Shown here: piece by piece, positions 28,486 through 38,713 of the stretch
How the letters are laid out: the number at the start of each line of letters is the position of its first letter
Position numbering within the stretch: the stretch's first letter is position 1
DNA from: a virus
Taxonomy: Duplodnaviria; Caudoviricetes
Length of the DNA: 64,000 nucleotides
Reading direction: 5' to 3' (one strand)
IMG/VR virus record: IMGVR_UViG_3300023174_000037
Position numbers and translations under genes: made by a program
Notes under the pieces: generated by a model
What the model was told of the DNA's origin: nothing
The model's database searches: none
The model's input: the letters and a program-made list of their open reading frames with translations, nothing else

Positions 28486-28814
28486 TAAATTGTTGTGTAT
28501 GAAACTACAGCATTAAGAGTGTTAGCCGACGAGTTAGCGAAAATTGTGTCGCCGTTAGCTAACAACAGTTTTTCGCCGCCAACATAAATTTGATATGTGT
28601 CGCCACCTGTTGTATTGGCCGCAGACAAGATGTCAAGACTTGCTATAACAAGATTAACGTTGCTTGGTGATGATCCGCTTGGCACAACCCAAACATTGGC
28701 CGAAACATCAGCATTGCCATAGTTGGTCATTGTTAGCCATGTGATCGCCGTGTTGCCGCCACTGGTATACACAGTGTTGCCGGTTGTAGTTACATAAGAT
28801 GTTGCTATTGTCAT
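28485..28814 (-). CDS. Small beta-rich virion protein
   Basis: ORF in the fibre cluster; EKLLLANGDTI motif. Confidence 0.65.
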   Translation of the reverse strand: MTIATSYVTTTGNTVYTSGGNTAITWLTMTNYGNADVSANVWVVPSGSSPSNVNLVIASLDILSAANTTGGDTYQIYVGGEKLLLANGDTIFANSSANTLNAVVSYTTI

Positions 28815-28823
28815 TGTTGTTCC

Positions 28824-29429
28824 TTAAAATATAATTGCAAATACTATGGCTTTGCTTTTGCTGACCAGCTCGTCGTTGGCTGATGCAGATGTAAAGTATA
28901 GACCGGTGCCACCTGATCCTGTAACGTTGCTGTATAGTGCCACAGCATTGGCCACGTTGGCTGGAGTGGCGGTGTTGCCAAAAACTTGATAGCCCAACAT
29001 GGTCAACTTGTTGTTGCCATAATCAAATGTTAAATTAGCACTGGCTCCAAAGGTGCCACCTTGGTTGAACTGTATCTGTGTGTTGGATCCAGCAGCATTG
29101 GCTGTAGATGATGTAGTTAAAATATTTGCATAGGCCGCAACAGGAACACCGTTGCCATAAACACTACTGCTAATCTGCCAGGCATTTGCACTAACATCAA
29201 ATCTAAGTCCAGCCCAGGCAGTGTTGGCAACTTTGGTTGCTACCAAGCCCATATCATTAACTGTGCCAGTATTATTAGCGGCTACAATAATAAATGCGTC
29301 ATTAACAGCAATATCACTGACGTAGGTAATGTTACCAGCCACGTCCAAGTTACCGTCAATATAAATTGTGCCTTGTCCGCTGTCTACGGTAATGTACCAG
29401 TCACTGCTAATATTCTTATAGGTTGCCAT
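28824..29429 (-). CDS. Fibre-associated virion protein
   Basis: GNLDVAGNITY, GLRFD, AAGSNTQIQFN motifs shared with the fibre genes; TAAATA upstream. Confidence 0.7.
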   Translation of the reverse strand: MATYKNISSDWYITVDSGQGTIYIDGNLDVAGNITYVSDIAVNDAFIIVAANNTGTVNDMGLVATKVANTAWAGLRFDVSANAWQISSSVYGNGVPVAAYANILTTSSTANAAGSNTQIQFNQGGTFGASANLTFDYGNNKLTMLGYQVFGNTATPANVANAVALYSNVTGSGGTGLYFTSASANDELVSKSKAIVFAIIF

Positions 29430-29477
29430 TTACAGATCCTTTTTGTTATTTATGCGGTCTACAACGGCAATAGTCAT

Positions 29478-29508
29478 AAAAAATCCCCACCGCAGCAGGG
29501 ATTTTTTG
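29478..29508. terminator. Bidirectional-type terminator
   Basis: AAAAAATCCCC-9 nt-GGGGATTTTTT. Confidence 0.85.
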
Positions 29509-29521
29509 GATACTACATAAA

Positions 29522-30469
29522 TTACGAAGTGTAATTTTGAACATCACCCAATGTAAGATCACCAGTACCATTGGCCCAGGTTTCTGTTTCTGCACCAGAT
29601 TTAACAGTGGTAGAAACAGCTTCGCTAAACGTAAGGCCCCGTGTGTTACCAGCCGCAGTAACAATGTTAGCAGCACCTTCAGACGCAGCCAACTGAAATG
29701 CTGTTGTGCCGTTGGTATCAACAACATAATAAGTTGTTGGGTTAACATAACCAGTAATTGTAGCATTACCTGTTAACGATCCGCTGACATTGATCAGTTG
29801 ACCAGTTGTAAAGGAACTAGCATTGGCTGTAAACCAACCTGAAGAATTGGCAACAGCAACACTGGCGAGAGTAACAGCTGCTGAATCTCCAGCCACAAAG
29901 AAGTTAACCGCATAACGAACCGGTGTAGCCGAATTATCCCAAATATACTTGTTGGTCAAACGAGTGGCGTAGATTGCAGTTCCGTCAGCATTGAATACCA
30001 TATTCATTTCGCCGCTGTTGATTGTGGCGTTTCCAACTAAATTGCATTGAGCCACCGCAGTAGCAGTGCCTGTACCAGATCCTATGCCTGTGGCTGTGAA
30101 TATTGTGCCAACTGTTGGTGTAGCAGGTCCACCAATTGCTGTCCAATTGGTATCGCCTACACTAAGAATTCGATAGCTGTAACCAACTGTGAAACTTCCT
30201 GCACTGACCGAAGTTGCATCTGTCACTAGATACTTGGTAGTGCCTTTCTGTGTGATAATGTAAGCTGCACCTTGAACACTGTTGATATTGGCTGTAATTT
30301 TAACCACTGGATAATCAGCAGTAGCAATGCCAACATTAGCGCCACCAACCACGCCTAAGAATTCGGTAGACGTCAGTCCGGTTGGAATAACTGCTGCTGT
30401 TAAGTTACCAAAGTCATTGAAACCAATGTCAACGGTAGTAGATTGTTTAATTTTAAGTGGACGACCCAT
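29522..30469 (-). CDS. Putative abundant virion structural/decoration protein
   Basis: Own late promoter, strong TAAGGAG SD, own terminator; T/A/G-rich beta composition. Confidence 0.7.
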   Translation of the reverse strand: MGRPLKIKQSTTVDIGFNDFGNLTAAVIPTGLTSTEFLGVVGGANVGIATADYPVVKITANINSVQGAAYIITQKGTTKYLVTDATSVSAGSFTVGYSYRILSVGDTNWTAIGGPATPTVGTIFTATGIGSGTGTATAVAQCNLVGNATINSGEMNMVFNADGTAIYATRLTNKYIWDNSATPVRYAVNFFVAGDSAAVTLASVAVANSSGWFTANASSFTTGQLINVSGSLTGNATITGYVNPTTYYVVDTNGTTAFQLAASEGAANIVTAAGNTRGLTFSEAVSTTVKSGAETETWANGTGDLTLGDVQNYTS

Positions 30470-30616
30470 TTTGTTTTCTCCTTAAAGAAGTCCCATGTGG
30501 GTTCTAGCCCACTACGCGGCTGGGTTAAGAGCCGCATAAAACGCATGATTGCGTTGACAAGTATTTATGGCTAATATATATTTTACAGGTGTTGCTGTAG
30601 CCCATTAAATATGATC

Positions 30617-31762
30617 ATGAACACAGAACTTTTAATAGCGCACGGCAACACTGCCAGAGAAGAAAACAACCCCGAACTGGCACTAAAATACTATGCCCAA
30701 GCCCTAACTGAAGATCGTAATTCAGCATCAGCATTCAACAACTACGGCAACGTGTTACGCGAATTGGGTGATCCTGTGGGTGCTGTACCATTCTTACAAC
30801 GAAGTATACAATTGTCACCTACACACCCAACTGCACAGTTTAATTTGGCTGTGGCTTATCTACTAGCCGGTGATTATGCTCAAGGATGGCCACAGTACGA
30901 AAGTCGTTGGAACTACGAGCACTTGGCAGGTGCATTGCCCAATTATCCACAACCTAGATGGACTGGGCAAGACGTCAAGGATAAAACTGTGTTGGTAGTG
31001 GGTGAACAAGGACACGGCGACAATATACAATTTGTTCGATTCATAGGTGACATAGTCAGTCGCGGCGCACGGGTAATATTAACGTTGAATTCAAGTCTTC
31101 GTCCGTTGATACTTGGTCCTTCTATTCCAACAATTTTGGTTGAAGGTGATCCATTACCCGAGTTTGACTACTGGATTCCTATTATGAGTATCCCAGGAGT
31201 AATTGGATCAACTGTTGAAAATATTGCCAATGTGCAATACTATCTAACTGCTGATGCTCAATTACAAAAACAATGGCAAACTGTATTAGGACATAAAACA
31301 CGACTGCGTATAGGGTTTTGTTGGAGTGGTCGCAGAGACACCTGGATCAATCGTCACAAAGCCATGCCATTTGAAACTATGCTAGAATTAATCAAACGCA
31401 ATCCTGGCTACGAGTGGGTCAATTTACAATGTGATTGCACCGCAGAAGAAGAAGCTGAACTAGTGGCCGCTGGTGTTCGAGCATATCCAGGTGCTATACA
31501 AAGTTTCGCTGACTCGGCCGCATTGATCATGCACATGGATGTGGTGCTCAGTGTTGACACTGCGGTAGCCCACTTGGCCGGTGCACTGGGCCGACCTGTA
31601 TGGATAATGTTGAGTCAGTATGCCCTTGACTGGCGTTGGTTACTTGATAGAGATTCGAGCCCGTGGTATTCAACTGCTAGATTGTTCCGTCAACCTAAGA
31701 TGGGCGATTGGGTTAGTGTTACAGACAAAATACACAAATTCCTAAGTTGGTATAAAATTTAA
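30617..31762 (+). CDS. TPR-repeat glycosyltransferase (GT9/heptosyltransferase-like C-terminus)
   Basis: TPRs (NSASAFNNYGNVL, AQFNLAVAYL), EQGHGDNIQFVRF, IGFCWSG, MDVVLSVDTAVAHLAGALG, DSSPWY. TAAATA overlaps the first Met, so start set at 30617. Confidence 0.85.
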   Translation: MNTELLIAHGNTAREENNPELALKYYAQALTEDRNSASAFNNYGNVLRELGDPVGAVPFLQRSIQLSPTHPTAQFNLAVAYLLAGDYAQGWPQYESRWNYEHLAGALPNYPQPRWTGQDVKDKTVLVVGEQGHGDNIQFVRFIGDIVSRGARVILTLNSSLRPLILGPSIPTILVEGDPLPEFDYWIPIMSIPGVIGSTVENIANVQYYLTADAQLQKQWQTVLGHKTRLRIGFCWSGRRDTWINRHKAMPFETMLELIKRNPGYEWVNLQCDCTAEEEAELVAAGVRAYPGAIQSFADSAALIMHMDVVLSVDTAVAHLAGALGRPVWIMLSQYALDWRWLLDRDSSPWYSTARLFRQPKMGDWVSVTDKIHKFLSWYKI

Positions 31763-32592
31763 TCGTACACTTGATCTACAAACTGTTGGTTTATACCGTA
31801 TCTTATCAACATCGATCGAGTAACATCAATACATCTTGGATCTTCTAATTTTCTGCTGTGCTTCCAAACAATACGCTCAGGATTTTGATCGAAATCAACT
31901 ACTGACTCAAGCATTCCATCGTATGTCTGATGAGTCCACCCACCACTAACTAGCAATGGCCACTTTTTAGGATGTTTGTGCCACAGTATCTCACTGTTGT
32001 CTTCTGTCCAGGCAAACACATAGTAACCATAAATTTCGGTACAGGCTGGAAAAAGGTTCCAAGTTTTATAATTGTTAAATTTATTATTAATATGATTCCA
32101 GTATCGAGTCAGTTGGCCAACATTCCAAATCCATGGTGTAAGGTTGCTGACGTTAGGCAAGTGGTCAACTGACTTGTCAACTACATTTTTTATATCAGGA
32201 TATGATTCAACCAGTTTGTTAGGCAAGTAATATGTTACACGATATTTTTCATTTGATTTAAAAGTAGAAAAATCACATGGTCTAAGCACAAAATCTTTAC
32301 TGTCAAATACAACAACATCATCAACTGCAGAATGAACACTATAAAATATTTTATTAACCTGTTGTTCAGTGTATCTATCTTTGTAAGAACAAGCTGTTTG
32401 ATTAATCTCAACATTCCAACCATCTAACAACATATGGTCAATTATTTTTTGAACTACTTGCTGATCAGTATCTTGTTGGGTTACTACTATAAGACTTTTT
32501 GATCCTTGCCAATTTTTTTTTAAACAATAACAAAACATTTCAAATTGTTTTAAATCGTCTGGATAGGTAACAACCAATAATTTATGAGTCAT
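31759..32592 (-). CDS. Hypothetical protein, possibly glycosyltransferase-like
   Basis: YTEQQVNKI, VVVFDSKDFVLRP (DxD-like), TEIYGYY; start from the promoter position. Confidence 0.55.
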   Translation of the reverse strand: MTHKLLVVTYPDDLKQFEMFCYCLKKNWQGSKSLIVVTQQDTDQQVVQKIIDHMLLDGWNVEINQTACSYKDRYTEQQVNKIFYSVHSAVDDVVVFDSKDFVLRPCDFSTFKSNEKYRVTYYLPNKLVESYPDIKNVVDKSVDHLPNVSNLTPWIWNVGQLTRYWNHINNKFNNYKTWNLFPACTEIYGYYVFAWTEDNSEILWHKHPKKWPLLVSGGWTHQTYDGMLESVVDFDQNPERIVWKHSRKLEDPRCIDVTRSMLIRYGINQQFVDQVYD

Positions 32593-32626
32593 GCAGTTAT
32601 TTAAGTAGCTAACAATTTTAACCAAC

Positions 32627-32651
32627 AAAAAAGGGCCTTAGGCCCTTTTTT
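32627..32651. terminator. Terminator downstream of the major capsid gene
   Basis: AAAAAAGGGCC-TTA-GGCCCTTTTTT. Confidence 0.9.
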
Positions 32652-32690
32652 GATTTTCCTTCCCATCCCTGAGAAAGTTGTGTTCTCTGA

Positions 32691-33887
32691 TTAGGAGAAT
32701 GACAAGTTTTGAACTGCGATCTCGCCAACATAGTCAGCTGCGTTACCGAAGCTGGATGCTGTGTTGGTCAACTCAACGAAGCCATAACGTGTCATGAATG
32801 ATACGACTGGTTCGAATGTTGATGGATCTAAAACAACGCCACTGCTCATTAAAGGAATGTATGGGCAATAGAACGCGGCAGCATCTGCCTCGCTAGTACC
32901 TTTGTATCCTACCAATACAGAAGCTGTGTCAGAAGCATAGCTGTTTACAAACACACGCATTGCGCCGTTGAGTGTACCAACAAACTTGGTGTTTGTAGGT
33001 GCTTCGAATGTGCCTTCTGTTGTGCGAGCAAAAGCTGATGTTGTAGCAGATTGCAATACTGTTAACGATGCTGGAGATACAACAGCCCAGTTACCAGCAC
33101 CACGACGTGTGCGCTGAGCGATCAGGTTAGCTGTACGATTGATCAGAACTGCCAAAGCGGCATGCTCATCACCAACGAATGTAGCTGTACCAGATACAGT
33201 AGCTTGGTTGTATGTATACTCAGTAGCTGCCAATGTAGACAAGCTCAAGAGAATCTCTTGGTCAATCTCAGCTGTAATCTCTTGTGCAAGAGCAGCCATG
33301 ATTTCAGCTTCTACATCGATACCGTGCATAGCTTGTGCATCTTGAGCAGATTCAAATGTCCAACGAGCTTGTAACTTGCGTGTCTTGGCTTCAACAGCTT
33401 GTTTCAAGATCTGAACGGAAATTTGCTTACCGCCTGTACCTTCCATTGTTGCTGTGTTGTTACCTGTGTAACCAGTAGCTGTTGTAGTAGCTTGTGGAAC
33501 AGTAGAGTAAGCAGTAGCAATAGTGAAAGGACTCAAAGCTTCTTGACCAGCTTGGACGCTAGTAGCGGCTGCTGAATTGTCAGTTAAACTCTGTGCATAG
33601 CGAACACGTAATGTGTGGATTTGACCTACAGGACCTGTCATTGGCTGAACACCAACCAACTCGTTAGCAATAACAGTTGGCATAACACGTCGAATAACTG
33701 GCAGAATCACACGGTTTAATGTAGCAATGTTACCACTTACTGTAGAACCAGAAGATGCGTTCTCACGCAAATACTTCTTGGTATTTTCAAGGATTACGCT
33801 CATAGACGAACGCTTGGAACCAGAAAGGCCTTCCAAGAGTGCGTCTTTAGTTTCGTCCCAACGACCTTCTAATAATTCTTGTGACAT
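32691..33887 (-). CDS. gp23: Major capsid protein (T4 gp23-like)
   Basis: GVQPMTGPVGQI, VEAKTRKLQARWT-x-E-x-AQD, EIDQEI, FYCPYIPL, MTRYG. Confidence 0.97.
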   Translation of the reverse strand: MSQELLEGRWDETKDALLEGLSGSKRSSMSVILENTKKYLRENASSGSTVSGNIATLNRVILPVIRRVMPTVIANELVGVQPMTGPVGQIHTLRVRYAQSLTDNSAAATSVQAGQEALSPFTIATAYSTVPQATTTATGYTGNNTATMEGTGGKQISVQILKQAVEAKTRKLQARWTFESAQDAQAMHGIDVEAEIMAALAQEITAEIDQEILLSLSTLAATEYTYNQATVSGTATFVGDEHAALAVLINRTANLIAQRTRRGAGNWAVVSPASLTVLQSATTSAFARTTEGTFEAPTNTKFVGTLNGAMRVFVNSYASDTASVLVGYKGTSEADAAAFYCPYIPLMSSGVVLDPSTFEPVVSFMTRYGFVELTNTASSFGNAADYVGEIAVQNLSFS

Positions 33888-33914
33888 TTAAGTCTCCTTT
33901 TATTATATCTTAAA

Positions 33915-35015
33915 TTACAGCCCTGCCAAACGCTTTAGATCGATCACATTGCTGGTATTATCAGCTTGTTGATCTGCATCTGGACTGCGGGCAGATTTAT
34001 CGCCAGTGGCTTCGTTGAACGATTCAGTAATTACTTTTTTGGCTTTCACTGAACGATCTTCTAAAACTGCTGGTAGATACTTTTCAAAAGCATTCGACAA
34101 GCGACTTGTCTGGACACTTTCAAGCAAATTACGCATTACTTCTTGCTTTTCCTTGTTTAGGGGAGCAAGCAATTCCTCTAACATAGCTTCACGCTGATTA
34201 GATTCTTTAAGTATACGCATTTCGCGTTCTTTGGACTCGACCAGAACTTTTGCCTTCTGGGCGAATTTGATGGCTTCAGCTAGTTTACTATCTTTGGCTG
34301 CGATTGTATCATGCAATTTACGAACTTCTTGCTTCTCATTTAAATGAGTTGCTCCAAATTCACTTGCATACGCTTCAAAAATACGACGACCAAAATTGTT
34401 CTCGCGAGCAACTTTAATGTCTTCTTTCAACTGACTGAGTTCACCCTTTAGGTGTGTGCTAACAGCACTGGACATCTTCTTGGCAGATTCTGTAACGAAC
34501 TTGGCCTTGAGTGTTTCCAATTGTTTGCGAGCTTCGCGCACCAAACGAACTTTTGTATTAACTACATCTTGTTTGTCTGTTGCAAATTCTTGAATCTCAC
34601 GTGCAAGAGCATGAACCACAAATTGTTCTAACTTCTGAACGCCTTCTGTGTGCATCTTGCGGTCTTTACGCAGTTCGCCAATTTCTTCAGCAAGTTTTGT
34701 CACCATAAAGTTGTTGAACTTTGTAGCTGACTCTTTCATCTTGCCTTGAAATTTAACGCGATCTTCAGCCAGTGCTTGCTTTTCAGCTTGCACTTGTTCA
34801 AGTTCTGCGGTTAAACCATCTGTTATCATACGATCCAGGGCTTCCACCATCACTGTTTTATCATGCTCATAGCGTTGTGCAAACTCTTCGCGGAGTTCTG
34901 CACGTACCTGTTCACGAGCTTCGTTCAACTTGGCTTCCCATGCTTCTGAGATCTGTTGTTGAGCTTCTTCGTTGATAAGGTCGCTATCTAGTAACGGTTT
35001 AATAGCATCTAGCAT
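33915..35015 (-). CDS. gp22: Prohead core scaffold protein (T4 gp22-like)
   Basis: Coiled-coil protein between protease and capsid; AKLNEAREQVRAELREEFAQRYEHDK. Confidence 0.85.
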   Translation of the reverse strand: MLDAIKPLLDSDLINEEAQQQISEAWEAKLNEAREQVRAELREEFAQRYEHDKTVMVEALDRMITDGLTAELEQVQAEKQALAEDRVKFQGKMKESATKFNNFMVTKLAEEIGELRKDRKMHTEGVQKLEQFVVHALAREIQEFATDKQDVVNTKVRLVREARKQLETLKAKFVTESAKKMSSAVSTHLKGELSQLKEDIKVARENNFGRRIFEAYASEFGATHLNEKQEVRKLHDTIAAKDSKLAEAIKFAQKAKVLVESKEREMRILKESNQREAMLEELLAPLNKEKQEVMRNLLESVQTSRLSNAFEKYLPAVLEDRSVKAKKVITESFNEATGDKSARSPDADQQADNTSNVIDLKRLAGL

Positions 35016-35016
35016 A

Positions 35017-35664
35017 TTATTTCCCTTCAATCTTGAGACCACGTATCAGACGCATTACTTCTTCTTTAACGTATCTCTGTGCTTTGCCGCTCTTAGCTGG
35101 GTCTTTGAACATATCTAACAATTGTTGTCCACCTTTGTGATTCAAAAGGCCTTCATAAATTGCCGTAGGATATGCATTTGGAGCACTCGGCTGAGCAACC
35201 ACATCTACAGTGACGATTTCAAAGTCACTGACATGTCCGGTTCTGTCGTCGACGTTTCCTGATCCACGACTACTAACCCCCAATTTTACACCGTTAGTCA
35301 ACATAGTTTCCACTAGTTTGCCCATCGGTGTAGGTAATATTTTTAATGTGCCCATGCCAGCTGGACCATCCATCCACATTTTTTCAATCATGTGACTTAC
35401 ACGATCCAAATTAATTTTTAAATCATCTGGGTGATCAACTTCACCCAAAACCGAATGACCTGTTTTAATTTGTTCGTTAATGGTATCAACTGCGTTGGCA
35501 ATTTCATTTACAGGATATACTCGCTCGTTGGCGTTTCTTACGCCGCCTTCAATGCAAACACCTTTTAACTTCAGTGTTTTGCCGGAGCCATCGTGGGCTT
35601 CCTCAGACAGGATTTCAAGACCTGCCTGAGTGAAGCTTAGATGTTCTTTTAGATATCGAGCCAT
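35017..35664 (-). CDS. gp21: Prohead maturation protease (T4 gp21-like)
   Basis: RNANERVYP, GEVDHP, INLDRVSH, LGVSSRGSG, DVVAQPSAPNAY. Confidence 0.95.
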   Translation of the reverse strand: MARYLKEHLSFTQAGLEILSEEAHDGSGKTLKLKGVCIEGGVRNANERVYPVNEIANAVDTINEQIKTGHSVLGEVDHPDDLKINLDRVSHMIEKMWMDGPAGMGTLKILPTPMGKLVETMLTNGVKLGVSSRGSGNVDDRTGHVSDFEIVTVDVVAQPSAPNAYPTAIYEGLLNHKGGQQLLDMFKDPAKSGKAQRYVKEEVMRLIRGLKIEGK

Positions 35665-35673
35665 ATCTCTGGA

Positions 35674-36522
35674 TTACGCTTTACCAACTGGTGATTTTGT
35701 ATTCACACCACTTGCTTGAGCTGTTACAGGTTTTGGAGCAGCTGCCAACTTAGAGTTAGAACCACCTTTGCCTGGTACATTTTTAAACTGGCCTGCTTGT
35801 GGCAAATCGCCAGTTTTTGGAGCTGGACGGCCTTGAGCTGTATCACCAGTCATTTTCACTGGAGATGCTGCCATGCCTTTAGCACCACTGTTAAAAGCAA
35901 CTACGCTTTTATTGTTAGCACCATCGTCGCCGTGCTTAGGAGCAGGAACTTTGTCTAACGTTACATTTTCCATCATACCCATCATGTTTTCGCCCATGTC
36001 GTCAAATTCAGCTGTGTCTGTGTCATCCATTTCTAAAGCGTCGCCGCCGTCAATATCAGATACTTCGTCACCCATGTTGCTGCCTTCTTCGCCACTCATA
36101 ATAGCTTCAAATTCAGCCATTAATTCGTCGAGCTTGTCTTCTAGATCAACTACGCGGTCTTCAATATTGCCATCACCAGCGTCATGATCTTTTTCCATGT
36201 CATGAGTTAAATCTTCGCCATCTTCTTCAGCGGCGTCGTCAAATTCAGCATCAGACTCTTCATCTTCTTGCATGCCTTGTTCTTCAGCTTCAACGTCGTC
36301 GATTAAATCATCGCTGGCATCACCACCAAAATTTTCGTCAAGTTCTTCAGAGTCTTCTTCGGCTTCTTCAGCTTCGTCTAACTCTTCTTCTTCTTCCTCG
36401 TTCATCAAATTTTCATAGATTTCACGAGATTTTTCTACCACGATGTCGTGGAATAGTTCTTTGGCTTTCGCCTCTTCATCATTGATCACGTATTCGATCA
36501 ACTGTTCAAATTTATTAGTCAT
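35674..36522 (-). CDS. Highly acidic prohead core / internal protein (gp67/68-like position)
   Basis: D/E-rich tracts; located between portal and protease; GGAGGA SD and TAAATA. Confidence 0.7.
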   Translation of the reverse strand: MTNKFEQLIEYVINDEEAKAKELFHDIVVEKSREIYENLMNEEEEEELDEAEEAEEDSEELDENFGGDASDDLIDDVEAEEQGMQEDEESDAEFDDAAEEDGEDLTHDMEKDHDAGDGNIEDRVVDLEDKLDELMAEFEAIMSGEEGSNMGDEVSDIDGGDALEMDDTDTAEFDDMGENMMGMMENVTLDKVPAPKHGDDGANNKSVVAFNSGAKGMAASPVKMTGDTAQGRPAPKTGDLPQAGQFKNVPGKGGSNSKLAAAPKPVTAQASGVNTKSPVGKA

Positions 36523-36628
36523 ATTTTCCTCCAATGGTTATGGCTCGTTAGATATTTACATCTAACTTATAATATTGGTAGTTTTGAGGCTGAAAAGTGG
36601 GTATATTTGACTATTATGTTACAGCTAA

Positions 36629-36850
36629 TTATAGTCCAGGAGCAGCCGGAGGAGGTGCGTATTGTTTCTTAACTTGTTTGAGTTTTTCTTTATACTCGTA
36701 ACTACGCACATCTTGCATCTGACGTAGTTTATTAAGTTGACGCAAAGTTAAACGAGTTTTACGAAGATTATCCAGTCGTGGTTGACTGTTATCTTGACTA
36801 ATGTCTTGATAAGCTTCAGGGCTTTTTTCGTATATCTCGTTGAGAATCAT
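36629..36850 (-). CDS. Small head-cluster hypothetical protein
   Basis: TATAAATA 5 nt before the ATG; RKTRLTLRQLNKLR. Confidence 0.7.
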   Translation of the reverse strand: MILNEIYEKSPEAYQDISQDNSQPRLDNLRKTRLTLRQLNKLRQMQDVRSYEYKEKLKQVKKQYAPPPAAPGL

Positions 36851-36855
36851 ACTAG

Positions 36856-36863
36856 TATTTATA
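36856..36863 (-). promoter_or_regulatory. T4-type late promoter TATAAATA (head cluster)
   Basis: Exact consensus 5 nt before the ATG at 36850. Confidence 0.8.
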
Positions 36864-38697
36864 CGCCGGGCACTACGCCAGCGGTAGGTGGCGGAGCTCC
36901 AGCAGTGCCAGCAGTTCCAGGTGCTGTGGTTGGTGCTCCGGGCAGGCCACCATCTGCTCCAGCCGCATTTGCGCCAGTTATTTCTTCACCTGTAGCAATG
37001 TCGCTTTCTAGACCGGCTGGTGTAATACCAATACTGCGTAGGTCCTGTCCTTGTGTAGTTTCCAACTCAGGTTGATCACGCTCTTCTTGCCACAGCGTTT
37101 CATTTTCTACAATTTCTTCTTCGGTTAGGCCCAAATAGCGTTTCATCATAAAACGCTTGCTCATGTATGGCAAAGGTTCAATTGCCGCAAATGACGAAAT
37201 ACGACTGGTATCTAGTTCGCTTTGACGATAGCTGGCAAAGTTTTGTGGCTCACATAGGCTAATACTAAAGATTCCTGAATCAATATTAAAGCCTCTCCAA
37301 TGCAAGAACATTTTAAATTCGTCATCTAATTTCTGCATAATCAAGCGTTGCAGGCGCATACAATATTGGTTAAAGCGGTATTCTTGTATTAATGCTGTGC
37401 CCACTTTACCATCATTCATAGCACGGTCTGAGTCATCTGGCCCAGTGGGCAAGTAACTACTTGGCACACGTAGACCACGGGCCATTTTGTTATTAAAGTA
37501 TTTTAAATCGTCAATTTCACCAAGATTGGCGCCGCCGGGCAAGGTAGTAACGTCCGATCCGCGGCTGTCTGCACTCACCGGAAAGAAGTAATCTTCGTTG
37601 ATACTAAGCGGATTGTAGCTGGCATCCATCATGTTGGCACCGCCACCGGTGTTGGTAGGAATTCTACGTTGATGCATTTCGTTTTTGACACGTTCCACAA
37701 ACTGCATGGCCATGTGACTGGGCATATTGCCCACGTCAATTTTAAAGATTCTACGCTCTGGAGCACGTTGCACACGGTAAATCAACACCGAATCTTCCAA
37801 CAGTTCTTTTTGTTTGAATACCTTGAATATGTTTTCTAGTATGCTCTGCCCAAACGGCCAAAAGTAATCTAAGCCTTCGTTTAAGCTAAGATGCACCACG
37901 TGACGTGCATCAATACAGGTTTCGTTCATGGCCTGTGTAAATCTGCTGTTGCCTACTCCGCCATTGCCGGTGCCGCCACCTGCTCCACCACCGCCAGGAG
38001 AAGTGTAATTTGATGGGCCACCTGCTGATCCAATAGCACGACTTACATAGTAATCACTTGTGGTCTTTTGCGCCACGCTCATGTTTTGAAAGTTAGGGTT
38101 GATGTCACGAATGATATACTGTTCAGGGCGTTTGCCTTCGCTTTCGTTTACAATCACACGGGCCACTTTGACCATGTCTACCCACATCATTTCAAATGTT
38201 TCTGGATCACGCACAAACACTTGATCACCATACTTGATGGTGTTGCGGAACAGTTTGAATATGCGCTGGTCTAACTTGTTCAGCTTGGTCCACTGTTGCA
38301 GTTGCTTTTTAATGATTTCTACTTCGTGATCTGTGGGTTTGTCTGTAAAGTTGATATCAAATGGCGTTTTGTTGTCTTCGTTGACCTGTGTTGAAAATTC
38401 AGCAATAATGTCCAGACAGGCATTGACTTCACTATCACAGTCCATATTTTCATATTGGTTATAACGTTCAATGCGGTTAGGATGTCCTGAATATACTTCA
38501 GGTAATCTGCTGGCATAGTTGCGGAAGGCGAAGTCATTGGGTGTACCGCCAGCGTTGTATCCGTCACCTGTTTGTCTAGGGTAGCCATCTAGGCCAAATT
38601 GATTTTGTCCTGAAATTGGACTGAGTTGACCGCCGGTGTTTGCAACTTTGAAATATTTTTTCCAACCGGGTTTACGAGTGTTTTGATTATCTGCCAT
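36859..38697 (-). CDS. gp20: Portal protein (T4 gp20-like)
   Basis: LLEDSVLIYRVQRAPERRIFKIDVGN, EDYFFP, TLPGG-x-NLGEIDD, LRVPSSYL; start at MADNQ, 7 nt after TAAATA. Confidence 0.95.
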   Translation of the reverse strand: MADNQNTRKPGWKKYFKVANTGGQLSPISGQNQFGLDGYPRQTGDGYNAGGTPNDFAFRNYASRLPEVYSGHPNRIERYNQYENMDCDSEVNACLDIIAEFSTQVNEDNKTPFDINFTDKPTDHEVEIIKKQLQQWTKLNKLDQRIFKLFRNTIKYGDQVFVRDPETFEMMWVDMVKVARVIVNESEGKRPEQYIIRDINPNFQNMSVAQKTTSDYYVSRAIGSAGGPSNYTSPGGGGAGGGTGNGGVGNSRFTQAMNETCIDARHVVHLSLNEGLDYFWPFGQSILENIFKVFKQKELLEDSVLIYRVQRAPERRIFKIDVGNMPSHMAMQFVERVKNEMHQRRIPTNTGGGANMMDASYNPLSINEDYFFPVSADSRGSDVTTLPGGANLGEIDDLKYFNNKMARGLRVPSSYLPTGPDDSDRAMNDGKVGTALIQEYRFNQYCMRLQRLIMQKLDDEFKMFLHWRGFNIDSGIFSISLCEPQNFASYRQSELDTSRISSFAAIEPLPYMSKRFMMKRYLGLTEEEIVENETLWQEERDQPELETTQGQDLRSIGITPAGLESDIATGEEITGANAAGADGGLPGAPTTAPGTAGTAGAPPPTAGVVPGV

Positions 38698-38713
38698 GGT
38701 TGTATATTTACCG

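Noticed and set aside
12709-30469. Diversity-generating retroelement targeting the fibre tips
   Set aside because: No reverse transcriptase and no template/variable repeat pair differing only at adenines seen in the window.
37960-38060. Gly-rich insert in the portal as a possible intein
   Set aside because: Short low-complexity linker with no Cys/Ser start or His-Asn end splicing motifs.
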